A stretch of 64,000 nt of DNA from Culturomica sp. (GCA_031271755.1 JAISVB010000075.1:14955-78954), one strand, 5' to 3'; positions 15,828 to 26,450 are shown, numbered from the stretch's first letter. Program-made: numbers and translations. The notes: generated by a model from the sequence alone, not told the origin.

Positions 15828-17954
15828 TTAATAGAACTTATACCGTAAATCCTGAATTTTGGCATTTTCCGTCAAAGCGCCGGAAGCCTGGTAGCTTACC
15901 TGGTACAGATTGGCTTGTTGCATCCCGGCTTTGGTGCTGGCAATGGTTTCCGGGGCGGCTTCTCCTGCCGTCCGGCTGTTGACCATGATCACATAGACCC
16001 CTTGGTTCCCTTCGATCGGATCGGACAATTTTGCCTCCGGAAGTACTGTTGCCGCTGCGATCACGCCTGGCTCTACGCCGGCTCCGGGGATCTGGAACGA
16101 GTTGAATGTGATACCGGTCGCCTCTTTTACTTCCACTCCGGCTTTCTGTGCGGCCGAAAGCAGGCTTTCGCTTCCTTTGAGTGCTTCTGTCAGCTCTTTC
16201 CGGAGAATCCCGGCTTTCTTTTTGCGGATCAGTTCCTGTTTGATGCCGGCGGCTACACCGTCGACCGGCGTGAATCCGGCTTTGTTGATGGCCGTCAGGA
16301 CAGCTACCGTGTAGAAGTTACCGGTTTCGAAAATAGAATTTCCTTCGCTGTTTTTGATAACACTTCCGGGGGTGGTTGCCAAATAACTCTGGCGCACCAA
16401 CTCTCTGGAGCTTTCCATGCCGGTAATTCCCGGGTCTCCGCTGTTTACGGAAGCCAACCGTTTTGCCAATCCCCGTTCCTCTAATTTCCGGTCGAAATCG
16501 GCCTGTGTATTCACCCCGTCGGCAAATGTCCGGGCGTCGTTGTATATTTTGTTCAAGGTTTTCTGGGAAGGAACAATCTCTTTCTGAACCGTTGCGATCT
16601 GCACCTTTTCTACCGGTTTGCTTTGCTCCGTCACTTGTATAATGTGCGCTCCGTATTGAGTTACGGCGACCTTGATCTCGCGGGGTTTGGCAAAAAACGC
16701 CGTGTCGCTGAAGGGCTGCACCATCGTTCCCGGCTTAAACCATCCCAGGTCGCCGCCGTTGATGGAAGAGCCTTGATCCGTGGAGTATTGTCTGGCCATC
16801 GATTCGAAATCGGCTCCTTTGCGCAACAGATCCGCCAAGCTGTCGGCTACGCTCTTTGCTCGCAGGAGATCGTTGTTTTCCGGAGCGATCAGGATGTGGC
16901 GGGCCCTGACGGAGTCCGGCAACATTTTTGTATTGGATAACCGGCTGATCCGGAAAGAGTTCCCTTCTAAGTACGGGCCGAAAACCCCTTTTTCGCTGCT
17001 GAAAAGGAATGCAGCCAGTTCGGTGTTGGAAATTTCACTTTTACCCAAATAGGAGGGGTCGAATTTTACATCGGATGAGAGATCCGTAAATTCCGCCGGA
17101 GTGGCTGTTGCGGCGAATTCGGTCGCCAGCTCTTTGATCCAGTTCTGTGTTTCGGTGTAATCTTCCGACGACGGTTCTATGGTAAAGTTCACGTATTCGA
17201 TCCGGCGGGATTCCGGTTGCCGGTAACTGTTTTTCCGGGCGTTGTAGTACTCTTTGATCTCGCTGTCGCTTACCTGGATGGTGGAATCGCTGATCGAAGC
17301 GTAACTTTTCACAAAGTAGCTGATGTCGCTGCCGGCCGAACTGTTCAATGCGTTTTCTTTTGCCTGTTCGTCGGTAATAAAAAATCCTTTGCTCAGTAAT
17401 GTATTGTATTTTTCCTGCAACCTGGAATTTTTGATCTGTTCTTCCATGTTCAGCCAATAGATCTTTTGGGGCGTATTGTCGGGCGCTTCGATCAGTTGCC
17501 GGATCACCGTTCTTGCCTGGTCGATATCCACATTTCCGGTGGCGGGGTCTGCAAAGAGCTGGCGGACCATCGGGTTCATGTTGTCGCCCAACAGCATATC
17601 GAACAATTCGTCGCCGGTTACGTCGATACCCAGCTTCTCGTATTCTCCTCCCATTACGATCTCTGCAATGAGCTGTTGCCAGGTGTTTTCCCGGATCATC
17701 GTTTGCTGCTCTTCCGTCAGGGAGGTCAAGTTATTTACCGATTTGGCAACTTCCTCGTTCTGTATCAGTTTTTCCCGGAAATCCGTGTAATTGATCTCTT
17801 CTCCGGCAATTTCTCCGATCTTGTTCCTGGAACTGAACATGCTGGAGTTGGAGGAACTCAATGCATCTCCCACCACAAAGGCGAGCAGCGCCACTCCGAC
17901 AAAAATTATACTCAGAAGTCCTCCGCGTTTTCTAATGTTTTCTAACGTTGCCAT
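15828..17954 (-). CDS. ppiD: Periplasmic chaperone / peptidyl-prolyl isomerase, PpiD-like (N-terminal TM anchor, SurA-like domain, parvulin domain)
   Basis: The N-terminus MATLENIRKRGGLLSIIFVGVALLAFVV is a membrane anchor. The parvulin core is VRARHILI...GGDLGWF. Size is 708 aa. Confidence 0.8.
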   Translation of the reverse strand: MATLENIRKRGGLLSIIFVGVALLAFVVGDALSSSNSSMFSSRNKIGEIAGEEINYTDFREKLIQNEEVAKSVNNLTSLTEEQQTMIRENTWQQLIAEIVMGGEYEKLGIDVTGDELFDMLLGDNMNPMVRQLFADPATGNVDIDQARTVIRQLIEAPDNTPQKIYWLNMEEQIKNSRLQEKYNTLLSKGFFITDEQAKENALNSSAGSDISYFVKSYASISDSTIQVSDSEIKEYYNARKNSYRQPESRRIEYVNFTIEPSSEDYTETQNWIKELATEFAATATPAEFTDLSSDVKFDPSYLGKSEISNTELAAFLFSSEKGVFGPYLEGNSFRISRLSNTKMLPDSVRARHILIAPENNDLLRAKSVADSLADLLRKGADFESMARQYSTDQGSSINGGDLGWFKPGTMVQPFSDTAFFAKPREIKVAVTQYGAHIIQVTEQSKPVEKVQIATVQKEIVPSQKTLNKIYNDARTFADGVNTQADFDRKLEERGLAKRLASVNSGDPGITGMESSRELVRQSYLATTPGSVIKNSEGNSIFETGNFYTVAVLTAINKAGFTPVDGVAAGIKQELIRKKKAGILRKELTEALKGSESLLSAAQKAGVEVKEATGITFNSFQIPGAGVEPGVIAAATVLPEAKLSDPIEGNQGVYVIMVNSRTAGEAAPETIASTKAGMQQANLYQVSYQASGALTENAKIQDLRYKFY

Positions 17955-18181
17955 CTATTTTGTGTTTTTTTGTTTTTTTGTGTTTTGAAGCCACGAAGGT
18001 AGATAAATCGCCCCTGTTATGCAAATAATTACGCCTGAAATTCAGGGTAAACGCTCGAATATTTGTGGTTTTTTATGTGGGGTGCGCTCATTCGTTAAAC
18101 AGAACGGATTCCGATCGCTCCGACAGGCAAAGACAACGATCGTTGCTCCCGACAACCGTTCCGAAGTGGTGGTGGAAAAAT

Positions 18182-20524
18182 TTACGCTTTCCCCTTCTTC
18201 GTTTTGGTCGTGCTTTTCGTTTTCCCCGTTCCGCTCTTTTTGCCGCTCTCCTTTTTCTCCCCTTCTTTGGCGATCAGCACCTCCGCTTCTTCCAGGGTCA
18301 GTGTGTCGGCTTTCACGTTCTTGGGGATCTTGTAGTTCTTTTTGTTGTAACTGATGTAGGGCCCGAACCGTCCGTTCAGGATCAGGATGCCGTTGTCAAA
18401 CGCCTTGATCTGCCTGTTCCGGTCGTTTTCCCGCTTCTCTTCGATGCGGGCGACGGCAGTGTCCAATGTGATCGTGCCGGGATCGTCTTCGCCTTTTTTC
18501 AGGGAAACAAAGAGATTGTTGTGTTTGATGTAAGGCCCGAACCGTCCGATGCCGACCGAAACCTCCTTCTCTTCGAACAGCCCCAACTTCCGGGGAAATT
18601 TGAAGAGCCCCAGCGCCTCCTCCAGCGTAATAGTCTCCATCAACTGCCCATTTTGCAAGCTGGCGTAACGAACCGTTTCCCCCTCGCCGATCTGGGCGAT
18701 CGGCCCGAACCGTCCGATCCGGACGCAGACCGCTTCGCCGCTGGCCGGATCGGTTCCCAGCGAACGTTCCCCCGTATTCCGTTCCGAATTTTTCAATGTT
18801 TTTTCGACATTTTCGTGGAAGGGGGTGTAAAACTGCCCGATCATTTTCTGCCACTCCACCTCTCCTTCGGCGATGTTGTCCAATGCTCCCTCCGCCTGCG
18901 CTGTGAAGTTGTAGCTCATGATGTTGGGAAAATGGGCGGAGAGAAAATCCGTTACCACCATCCCCATATCGGACGGGAAGAGTTTTTTCTTTTCCGTTCC
19001 GAAGGTTCTTTTGAAGAGCTTTTTTTTGATCCCGTCGCTTTTTAGGATCAGTTGCTCCAACTCCCTTTCTTTCCCTTCCCGCGACTCCCGGACAATGTAT
19101 CCCCGGTTTTGGATCGTTGTGATGGTAGGGGCATACGTAGAGGGGCGCCCGATCCCCAGTTGCTCCATTTTTTTCACTAAGCTGGCTTCGGTGTAGCGGG
19201 GCGGATGCAAGGTATATTGTTGAACGGCGTTAATTTCCACGGGAGAGAGCCGGTCGTCCTTGTGCAGGGCCGGCAGCAATGCATCCTTTTCATCCTCCCC
19301 TTCGTCGTCCGACGACTCGTTGTACACCCGCAGGAAACCGTCGAAGACGATCACCTCGCCTGTGGCGGTAAACGGGATGCGGTTTTCCGACACCGCTATA
19401 TCCACCTGGGTCTTTTCCAGTTCGGCGTCCGCCATTTGGGAGGCCAGCGTCCGCTTGTAGATCAACTCGTAGAGATGCTTCTCGTTCCGGTCTCCTTCGA
19501 TCTCCGGTCGATCCATGTAGGTCGGACGGATGGCTTCGTGCGCTTCCTGCGCTCCTTTGGTCTGTGTAGCGTACTGCCTGGATTTGGAGTATTTTTCGCC
19601 CAGCGTTTGGCATATAACAGCTTTGGCGCTCCGGATAGCCAGGTCGGAGAGGTGTACCGAGTCTGTTCGCATGTAGGTGATCTTTCCGCTTTCGTACAAT
19701 TTCTGTGCAACAGACATGGTTTGCGACACGGAGAAACCCAACTTGCGGGATGCTTCCTGCTGCAGCGTCGAAGTGGTAAAAGGCGGAGCCGGTTTGCGCA
19801 AGGAGGGCTTGGTCTCCATCCGGCTCACCGTAAAAACGGATTTCCGGCAGGATTCCAGAAAATTCAAGGTGTTCTCCCTGTCCGGGAAACGTTCCGTCAC
19901 CTCGGCTTTTACTTCCGCCTGACCGGCCGTCTTAAAACAACCGGTCACTTTGTAATATTCCTGTTCGTTGAAATGGTTGATCTCCCGCTCCCGTTCCACG
20001 ATCAATTTCACTGCAACGGATTGTACCCGTCCGGCAGAAAGAGAGGGTTTTACCTTTTTCCAGAGGACTGGCGATATTTCAAAACCGACCAGACGATCCA
20101 GCACCCGTCGCGCCTGTTGGGCGTTCACCAGGTCGGTATTGATGGTCCGGGGGTGGGCGATGGCGTTCAGGATAGCGTCTTTGGTAATTTCGTGAAAAAC
20201 GATCCGTTTGGTATTTTCAGCTTTCAGTTGCAAAACCTCGAACAGGTGCCAGGCAATGGCTTCCCCTTCCCGGTCTTCATCGGAAGCCAGCCAGACGGTT
20301 TTAGCGGTTTTAGCCAGGTTTTTCAGTTCTTTGACCACATTTTTCTTGTCGGCGGAAACCTCGTATTTGGGCAGGAAATTGTTTTCAATATCCACTCCGA
20401 GATCTTTTTTCTCCAAGTCCCGGATGTGTCCGAAACTGGATTTGACCGTATACTCTTTGCCCAAGAAATGTTCAATGGTTTTGGCTTTTGCCGGAGACTC
20501 CACGATCACCAAATTCTCAATCAT
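18182..20524 (-). CDS. topA: DNA topoisomerase I (type IA)
   Basis: MIENLVIVESPAKAKTIEHFLGKEYTVKSSFGHIRDL is a Toprim domain. The active-site region ITYMRTDS is present, as is a Lys-rich C-terminal tail. Size is 780 aa. Confidence 0.95.
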   Translation of the reverse strand: MIENLVIVESPAKAKTIEHFLGKEYTVKSSFGHIRDLEKKDLGVDIENNFLPKYEVSADKKNVVKELKNLAKTAKTVWLASDEDREGEAIAWHLFEVLQLKAENTKRIVFHEITKDAILNAIAHPRTINTDLVNAQQARRVLDRLVGFEISPVLWKKVKPSLSAGRVQSVAVKLIVEREREINHFNEQEYYKVTGCFKTAGQAEVKAEVTERFPDRENTLNFLESCRKSVFTVSRMETKPSLRKPAPPFTTSTLQQEASRKLGFSVSQTMSVAQKLYESGKITYMRTDSVHLSDLAIRSAKAVICQTLGEKYSKSRQYATQTKGAQEAHEAIRPTYMDRPEIEGDRNEKHLYELIYKRTLASQMADAELEKTQVDIAVSENRIPFTATGEVIVFDGFLRVYNESSDDEGEDEKDALLPALHKDDRLSPVEINAVQQYTLHPPRYTEASLVKKMEQLGIGRPSTYAPTITTIQNRGYIVRESREGKERELEQLILKSDGIKKKLFKRTFGTEKKKLFPSDMGMVVTDFLSAHFPNIMSYNFTAQAEGALDNIAEGEVEWQKMIGQFYTPFHENVEKTLKNSERNTGERSLGTDPASGEAVCVRIGRFGPIAQIGEGETVRYASLQNGQLMETITLEEALGLFKFPRKLGLFEEKEVSVGIGRFGPYIKHNNLFVSLKKGEDDPGTITLDTAVARIEEKRENDRNRQIKAFDNGILILNGRFGPYISYNKKNYKIPKNVKADTLTLEEAEVLIAKEGEKKESGKKSGTGKTKSTTKTKKGKA

Positions 20525-20536
20525 ATCATGCCGGAT

Positions 20537-21205
20537 TTATGCTGTTTTTTCCTGCTCTGTTTCGGCGGAGGCGGGGATTCCTGCCGGTTTGGAGGAGAAA
20601 AACCTCCAATGAAAAAGGATCAATATCAATACCCCGATCGTAATGTAAGAGTCGGCCAGATTAAATACGGGCCGGAAAAAAATGAAATACTCCCCGCCCC
20701 AGAAAGGGAGCCATTCCGGGAGCACTCCTTTCCAGAGTGGAAAATAGAGCATATCTACCACTTTCCCCTGGAGAAAAGAGGCATACCCGCCTCCTTCCGG
20801 AAGAAAAGAGGCGATCTGGCCTTCGCTTCCGTTAAACAACATCCCGTAGAACAGGCTGTCGATGATGTTACCCAGCGCTCCGCACAGGATCAACACGAAC
20901 GAGAAGACGATCCCGGCAGGCGCTTTTTCCCGGATCAGCCTCCCGATGTACCAGAAAATTCCCCCGACGGCAGCGATCCGGAACAGCGTGAGCAGGATTT
21001 TCCCGAACACTCCGCTGTCCGCCCCCATGCCGAATGCCATCCCGTTGTTTTCCAGGAAGTGGATTTTAAACCAATCTCCCCATACGTCGAACTCCTCCCC
21101 GATTATCAGGTGGGTTTTGATCCAGAATTTGAAAACCTGATCCAGGATCAGCAGGACCAGAGCAAACAGAATCAGTTTGGTCCGCAGGCTCATACAACGC
21201 TTCAT
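20537..21205 (-). CDS. lspA: Lipoprotein signal peptidase (signal peptidase II)
   Basis: LENNGMAFGM and FNLADSYITIG motifs are present with four TM segments. It sits downstream of ileS, which is the conserved ileS-lspA linkage. Confidence 0.88.
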   Translation of the reverse strand: MKRCMSLRTKLILFALVLLILDQVFKFWIKTHLIIGEEFDVWGDWFKIHFLENNGMAFGMGADSGVFGKILLTLFRIAAVGGIFWYIGRLIREKAPAGIVFSFVLILCGALGNIIDSLFYGMLFNGSEGQIASFLPEGGGYASFLQGKVVDMLYFPLWKGVLPEWLPFWGGEYFIFFRPVFNLADSYITIGVLILILFHWRFFSSKPAGIPASAETEQEKTA

Positions 21206-21586
21206 TTACGAATCCAAGCCCTCTTTCGCCTCGATGCTCAGTGTTGCATGAGGTACGGCCTTCAACCGCTCTTTGGCGATCAACTTGCCGGTGGCCCGGC
21301 AAACCCCGTACGTCTTGTTTTCGATCCGGACCAAGGCGGCCTCCAGGTGCGAAATGAATTTTGCCTGTCTTTGAGCCAACCGGCCGGCCTCCTCTTTGGA
21401 AAGTACCGCTGCGCCTTCCTCCAGCACCTTAAAGGTTGGGGAGGTGTCGGCGATATCGTTTCCGTCACTGCCGGAAATAGCGGCCTTTAACACGTCATAA
21501 TCCGTTTTTGCTTTTGCAAGTTTCTCCAGGATGATCTCTTTGAACTCCTGCAACTCTTCGTCCGAGTATCTGGTTTTTTCAGCCAT
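21206..21586 (-). CDS. DksA/TraR-family protein
   Basis: A coiled-coil N-terminal half is followed by C-terminal ...YGVCRATGKLIAKERLKAVPHATLSIEAKE, as in Bacteroidota TraR/DksA homologues. Size is 126 aa. It abuts lspA with no gap. Confidence 0.75.
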   Translation of the reverse strand: MAEKTRYSDEELQEFKEIILEKLAKAKTDYDVLKAAISGSDGNDIADTSPTFKVLEEGAAVLSKEEAGRLAQRQAKFISHLEAALVRIENKTYGVCRATGKLIAKERLKAVPHATLSIEAKEGLDS

Positions 21587-21620
21587 AATGTTTATTTTGA
21601 CGGGAATGTGCTTCCCTAAG

Positions 21621-24600
21621 TTACATTTTTTCGATCTTAATAACGGTTACGATCTCGTCGATCTCCACCTCTTTGCCCTCCTCTATGGTATCCGACAGCT
21701 CGATCTGTTCCGCCAACACCTGGCTTTTGATGTAGCTGCCGAAGTTTTGTACGGCTTCGTCGGTTTCCGGATGCTTTCGGATGTACAGGCGGATTTTGTC
21801 CGTTACATCGAAATTGCTCTCCTTTCTCAGATTCTGGATCCGGTTGATAAATTCGCGGGCGATCCCTTCCTCTTTCAACTCTTTGCTGATGTAAATGTCC
21901 AGCGCAACAGTGATCCTTCCTTCATTGGCAACCAACCAGCCGGGGATGTCTTCGGAAAGGATTTCCACATCTTCCAATCCCAAAGTTAGCTGTTCGCCGT
22001 TAATATGCAATTCGTAGCGGCCGTTTTTCTCAAATTCAAAAATATCTGTCTGGGACAAGCTCTCCACAAAGGCGGAGAGCTGCTTCATGTATTTCCCATA
22101 CCGGGGCCCCAGGGTTTTGAAGTTGGGTTTGATCTTTTTGACCAGAACTCCGGTCGTGTCCGTAATGTATTCGATCTCTTTTACGTTTACTTCCGACAGA
22201 ATGATATTCTTTACGGCCTCCAACCGGCGCTGCATTTCCGGGTCAAAGACCGGGATCAGCAACCTGCTCAGCGGCTGGCGTACCTTGATCTGTACTTTTC
22301 TTCTCAATCCCAGCACCATGGAGGAGATCTGTTGCGCCAACCGCATCCGTTCTTCCAGCGGCCGGTCGATCCGGGATTCGTCCGCTACCGGGAATTTGGC
22401 TAAGTGTACACTGCCCGTCAGGCGATGGCTTCCCCGGTTCAGGTCGCCGAACAGTTGCTCCGCATAAAAAGGAGCGATGGGAGAAGCGAGGATGGCTACC
22501 GTTTCCAAGCAGTTGTAGAGCGTCTGGAAGGCGGAAATTTTATCCGTAGAGTACTCTCCTCCCCAGTATCTTTTCCGGGACAACCGCACGTACCAGTTGG
22601 AGAGGTTTTCGATGACAAACTCCTGTATCGCTCTTCCGGCGCGTGTCGGCTCGTACTTTTCGTATGCTTCCGTTACTTCTCTGATCAGGGTGTTGAGCAA
22701 AGAGAGGATCCACCGGTCGATCTCCGGCTGTTGATCCAGCAGTACTTCCGCTTCGGCGTAGCCGAAACGGTCGATGTTGGCATACAGGGCAAAGAAGCTG
22801 TAGGTGTTGTACAGGGTTCCGAAGAACTTCCGTTTCACTTCGTCCACGCCGGCCAGGTCAAATTTGAGGTTATCCCAGGGCTGCGAATTGGTCATCATAT
22901 ACCACCGCAGGGGATCCGATCCGTACTCCTCGATAGTGGCGAACGGATCTACCGCATTTCCCAGGCGTTTGGACATTTTATTTCCTTTGGCGTCCAATAC
23001 CAAACCGTTGGAAATAATGTTCCGGAAAGCGACGGAATCAAATCCCATCACCGCCAAGGCGTGCAGCGTAAAGAACCAGCCTCTGGTCTGATCCACGCCT
23101 TCGGCAATAAAATCGGCCGGGAATTTTACCCGGTTGTCCACCGCCTCCCTGTTTTCAAAAGGATAGTGCAGTTGTGCGTACGGCATTGCCCCCGAATCGA
23201 ACCAAACGTCGATCAGGTCTTTCTCGCGGAACATTTTTTCTCCGCGGGAAGATACCAAAATGATGTCGTCCACGTATGGCCGGTGCAGATCGATTTTGTT
23301 GTAATTTTCCGTCGAATAATCGCCCGGTACGAATCCGGCAAAAGGATTGGTTTTCATCAGGCCGGCTTTGACCGCTTTTTCGATCTCCTCCATTAATTCC
23401 GCAACGGAACCGATGCATTTCCGCTCGTTTCCGTCCTCCGTCGCCCAAATCGGCAGGGGAGTGCCCCAGTACCGGGAACGGGAGAGGTTCCAATCCACCA
23501 GATTTTCCAGCCACTTCCCGAACCGCCCCTCTCCGGTGCTGGCCGGTTTCCAGTTGATGGTGCTGTTCAGTTCCAACATCCGTTCTTTGACGGCAGTTGT
23601 TTTGATAAACCAGGAGTCCAGCGGATAATAGAGCACCGGCTTGTCCGTCCGCCAGCAGTGCGGGTAGTTGTGGGTATGTTTTTCGACCTTGAAGGCCTTG
23701 TCTTCTTTTTTCAGCATCACGGCGAGCTCTACGTCCAGCGTTTCCTCCTCTTCCGTCGGATGGCTGTCGTAAGCGTTTTTTACATACCTGCCGGCGAACG
23801 CTTTGTAGAGAGCCGTGTTCACATGGGTGCCGACAAACTCCGGATCTATGTTTTCGATCGGGAAAAGCCTTCCCTGTTTGTCCACCATCGGTTGCCGGTT
23901 CCCTTCCCGGTCTGTTAACAGCAGGGGAGCGATCCCGGCGGTTTTTGCCACCCGGTCGTCGTCGGCCCCGAATGTCGGGGCGATGTGTACAATGCCCGTA
24001 CCGTCTTCGGTCGTTACAAAGTCTCCCGTGATCACCCGGAAGGCGTCCCCTGCCGGTTTCATCCACGGGATCAGTTGTTCGTAACGGATCCCGGCCAGGT
24101 CGGAACCTTTGAATTCGCCGATCACCTGATACGGGATCAGTTTGTCCCCGGTTTGGTACTCCTCCAGGCTTAGTCCGGCGGCTTTGGGGTTGAAATAGGC
24201 CGGCAGCCGGTCTTTCGCCAATACTACCGTCACCGGGTTAAACGTATAGGGATTGAATGTTTTTACCAACAGGTAGCGGATCTCCGGTCCGACAGCCAAC
24301 GCTGTGTTCGAGGGGAGGGTCCAGGGGGTGGTTGTCCACGCAATGAAACAGACTGCTTCCGCAGCAGCAAACAGTTTTTCGGATTCGCTGTTCCGGATCA
24401 CCTTAAATTCGGCGACACAGGTTGTATCTTTAACATCCCGATAGCATCCCGGCTGGTTCAATTCGTGTGTACTTAAGCCGGTTCCGGCGGCTGGGGAGTA
24501 GGGTTGTATGGTGTATCCCTTGTAAAGAAATCCGTTGTCGTACAGTTTTTTGAGCAGGAACCAGAGTGTTTCGATGTACCGGTTGTCGTACGTAATGTAG

Positions 24601-25046
24601 GGATGCGCCATGTCTACCCAATACCCCATCTTCTGGGTCAACTCTTCCCACTCCCGGGTGTATTTCATGACCTCCTCCCGGCACTCCCGGTTGTAGTCGG
24701 CGACACTGATGGTTTTTCCGATGTCCTCTTTGGTGATGCCCAATTTTTTTTCTACCCCCAGTTCCACCGGAAGCCCGTGGGTATCCCAGCCGGCTTTCCG
24801 CTCTACGTAAAATCCCTGCAACGTCTTGTACCGGCAAATCACATCTTTGATGGTTCTGGCCATTACGTGGTGAATGCCCGGCATGCCGTTGGCGGAAGGC
24901 GGCCCTTCGTAAAAAATGTAGGAGGGATTTCCTTTCCGGCTGGCTAAACTCTGTTCGAACGTGTGGTTTTCTTCCCAGGTTTTCAATATGTCTTTGTTGA
25001 CCTGTGAAAGATCCAAGCCTTTGTGTTCGGGAAATTTCTTGTCCAT
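21621..25046 (-). CDS. ileS: Isoleucine--tRNA ligase (long, type 2 form)
   Basis: The HIGH-type motif PSANGMPGIHH and the KMSKR motif (KMSKRLGN) are present. Size is 1141 aa. Confidence 0.95.
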   Translation of the reverse strand: MDKKFPEHKGLDLSQVNKDILKTWEENHTFEQSLASRKGNPSYIFYEGPPSANGMPGIHHVMARTIKDVICRYKTLQGFYVERKAGWDTHGLPVELGVEKKLGITKEDIGKTISVADYNRECREEVMKYTREWEELTQKMGYWVDMAHPYITYDNRYIETLWFLLKKLYDNGFLYKGYTIQPYSPAAGTGLSTHELNQPGCYRDVKDTTCVAEFKVIRNSESEKLFAAAEAVCFIAWTTTPWTLPSNTALAVGPEIRYLLVKTFNPYTFNPVTVVLAKDRLPAYFNPKAAGLSLEEYQTGDKLIPYQVIGEFKGSDLAGIRYEQLIPWMKPAGDAFRVITGDFVTTEDGTGIVHIAPTFGADDDRVAKTAGIAPLLLTDREGNRQPMVDKQGRLFPIENIDPEFVGTHVNTALYKAFAGRYVKNAYDSHPTEEEETLDVELAVMLKKEDKAFKVEKHTHNYPHCWRTDKPVLYYPLDSWFIKTTAVKERMLELNSTINWKPASTGEGRFGKWLENLVDWNLSRSRYWGTPLPIWATEDGNERKCIGSVAELMEEIEKAVKAGLMKTNPFAGFVPGDYSTENYNKIDLHRPYVDDIILVSSRGEKMFREKDLIDVWFDSGAMPYAQLHYPFENREAVDNRVKFPADFIAEGVDQTRGWFFTLHALAVMGFDSVAFRNIISNGLVLDAKGNKMSKRLGNAVDPFATIEEYGSDPLRWYMMTNSQPWDNLKFDLAGVDEVKRKFFGTLYNTYSFFALYANIDRFGYAEAEVLLDQQPEIDRWILSLLNTLIREVTEAYEKYEPTRAGRAIQEFVIENLSNWYVRLSRKRYWGGEYSTDKISAFQTLYNCLETVAILASPIAPFYAEQLFGDLNRGSHRLTGSVHLAKFPVADESRIDRPLEERMRLAQQISSMVLGLRRKVQIKVRQPLSRLLIPVFDPEMQRRLEAVKNIILSEVNVKEIEYITDTTGVLVKKIKPNFKTLGPRYGKYMKQLSAFVESLSQTDIFEFEKNGRYELHINGEQLTLGLEDVEILSEDIPGWLVANEGRITVALDIYISKELKEEGIAREFINRIQNLRKESNFDVTDKIRLYIRKHPETDEAVQNFGSYIKSQVLAEQIELSDTIEEGKEVEIDEIVTVIKIEKM

Positions 25047-25083
25047 GGCGGAGGTATATTTAGGATTGTCGGCAAAGAGGGCG

Positions 25084-25091
25084 CAAAGGTA
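25084..25091 (-). promoter_or_regulatory. Candidate Bacteroidota -7 box (TACCTTTG) for ileS
   Basis: The minus strand reads GTTACCTTTGCGCCC, 38 nt upstream of the ileS ATG. It matches TAnnTTTG. Confidence 0.4.
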
Positions 25092-25108
25092 ACATTTTTT
25101 TGCCGGTT

Positions 25109-26398
25109 TTAAAATTCAAACAGATCGCTTTTTTCCTTTTCATCTGTCCGGATGACAAAACGGGCGGTCAGCCGGCTGCGTTGCTCCACCAGCACATCTT
25201 TGTCGTGGATCAGGTTGTGTATGGTTTCTTCGTTGTAATGACGGATCGTGATCAGCCGCATGTTTTTATTGTACAGGGTTTCGTACTCCTCTTTCAATTC
25301 GTTGAGAAAATTTTCGAAAACCGCTTCGTTGTGGTCGATACAGAACGAGAAACTGATGGCGGAGTTTTGCATCAGGTTTAATTTCAGCCGGTATTTAGCT
25401 AATTTGCCGAATATTTCGCTCAATTTCTCCTCTACAATGAACGAAAAATCCCTCGGGGTCAGCGTCAACAACAACTGGTCGTCCTTGTCGATGTAAATGG
25501 GCGGAAGTTTCAGCCGTTCGTCCAGATCCCGGATGACGGAACCGTGCTCTTCGGGTTGTGCGAACGATTTTACAAAAAGAGGGATCTTCTTGTTCTGCAA
25601 CGGTTTGATTGTTTTCGGATGGATCACTTTCGCTCCGAAATTGGACAATTCGATCGCTTCCCGGTACGAGAGTTTGGGGATGATCTCCGTATTCGGGTAT
25701 TTTTTGGGATCCGCACTCATGATGCCGGGTACGTCTTTCCAGATCACCACCTGTTCGGCATCCAGCAGATTGGCTAAGATCGCAGCCGTGTAATCGGAGC
25801 CTTCCCGGCCGAGGGTTGTGGTCTGGTTGGTCAGGGTCCCGGCAATAAATCCCTGGGTGATATACATAAATGTATCCTGGAATGTAAACGCTTTCCGGCA
25901 CAACTGTCCCGAAAGTTCCGTGTCGATGTTGGCGTTCCGGTAGGTGGTGTCTGTTTTCAGGTATTTCCGGATGTCGACCCACTTCACTTTTCTGCCCTGT
26001 TTGTTCAGGTAGGCGGATACGATGGTGGTGGAGAGCAATTCGCCGTAGGAGACGATCCGGTCGTATTCGTAGTCGTAGCACAGGGAAGGTTCGCCGGACA
26101 GGATTTCCGTCAACTCGGAGAACAGATCCTCCAATTTCCGGGAAATCTCCTCCTCCTTTTTCCCAAACAGCTCCAAAGTAACGGTTGTGTGGTATTCCCG
26201 GACTTTTTCCAGCAGGGCGGGCGCCTCCCCGGTCCGGTTAAAATAGTGGTTGCACACCTTCTCCAAAGCGTTGGTCGTTTTGCCCATCGCCGAAACCACA
26301 ATGATCAGATTGGTCTTCTGTGTGCACAGAATTTTCAGTACGTTTTTTATGTCCTCGGCGCCGGCAACAGATGCGCCGCCAAACTTAAAAACATTCAT
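25109..26398 (-). CDS. lysC: Aspartate kinase
   Basis: MNVFKFGGASV is the kinase N-terminus. An amino-acid kinase fold with C-terminal ACT-like repeats follows. Size is 429 aa. Confidence 0.88.
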   Translation of the reverse strand: MNVFKFGGASVAGAEDIKNVLKILCTQKTNLIIVVSAMGKTTNALEKVCNHYFNRTGEAPALLEKVREYHTTVTLELFGKKEEEISRKLEDLFSELTEILSGEPSLCYDYEYDRIVSYGELLSTTIVSAYLNKQGRKVKWVDIRKYLKTDTTYRNANIDTELSGQLCRKAFTFQDTFMYITQGFIAGTLTNQTTTLGREGSDYTAAILANLLDAEQVVIWKDVPGIMSADPKKYPNTEIIPKLSYREAIELSNFGAKVIHPKTIKPLQNKKIPLFVKSFAQPEEHGSVIRDLDERLKLPPIYIDKDDQLLLTLTPRDFSFIVEEKLSEIFGKLAKYRLKLNLMQNSAISFSFCIDHNEAVFENFLNELKEEYETLYNKNMRLITIRHYNEETIHNLIHDKDVLVEQRSRLTARFVIRTDEKEKSDLFEF

Positions 26399-26429
26399 AC
26401 GCTTGCCTCCTTATCCTAAATTCCGGGCG

Positions 26430-26437
26430 CAAAAATA
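26430..26437 (-). promoter_or_regulatory. Candidate -7 box (TATTTTTG) for aspartate kinase
   Basis: The minus strand reads CACTATTTTTGCGCCC, 32 nt upstream of the ATG at 26398. Confidence 0.4.
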
Positions 26438-26442
26438 GTGAA

Positions 26443-26450
26443 TATATTTG
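26443..26450 (+). promoter_or_regulatory. Candidate -7 box (TATATTTG) facing the ORF6N gene, back-to-back with the lysC box
   Basis: The plus strand reads AATATATTTGATAC. It would give a leader of about 160 nt before ATG 26618. Confidence 0.3.

Noticed and set aside
18112-18154. Imperfect direct repeat CGATCG(C/TTG)CTCC(C)GACA x2 downstream of topA
   Set aside because: There are only two degenerate copies in a short spacer and no associated structure or ORF, so it is probably chance.
19205-21490. 761-aa ORF on the plus strand spanning 2.3 kb
   Set aside because: It runs antisense across topA, lspA and the dksA-like gene, including their junctions. All three have unmistakable conserved translations on the minus strand. 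The plus-strand product is low-complexity (R/G/P/F/V-rich) with no recognisable motif. This is the typical stop-free antisense frame of moderately GC-rich coding DNA.
23155-24066. 303-aa minus-strand ORF inside ileS in an alternative frame
   Set aside because: It is an Arg/Gly-rich out-of-frame product, and the ileS frame is unambiguous.
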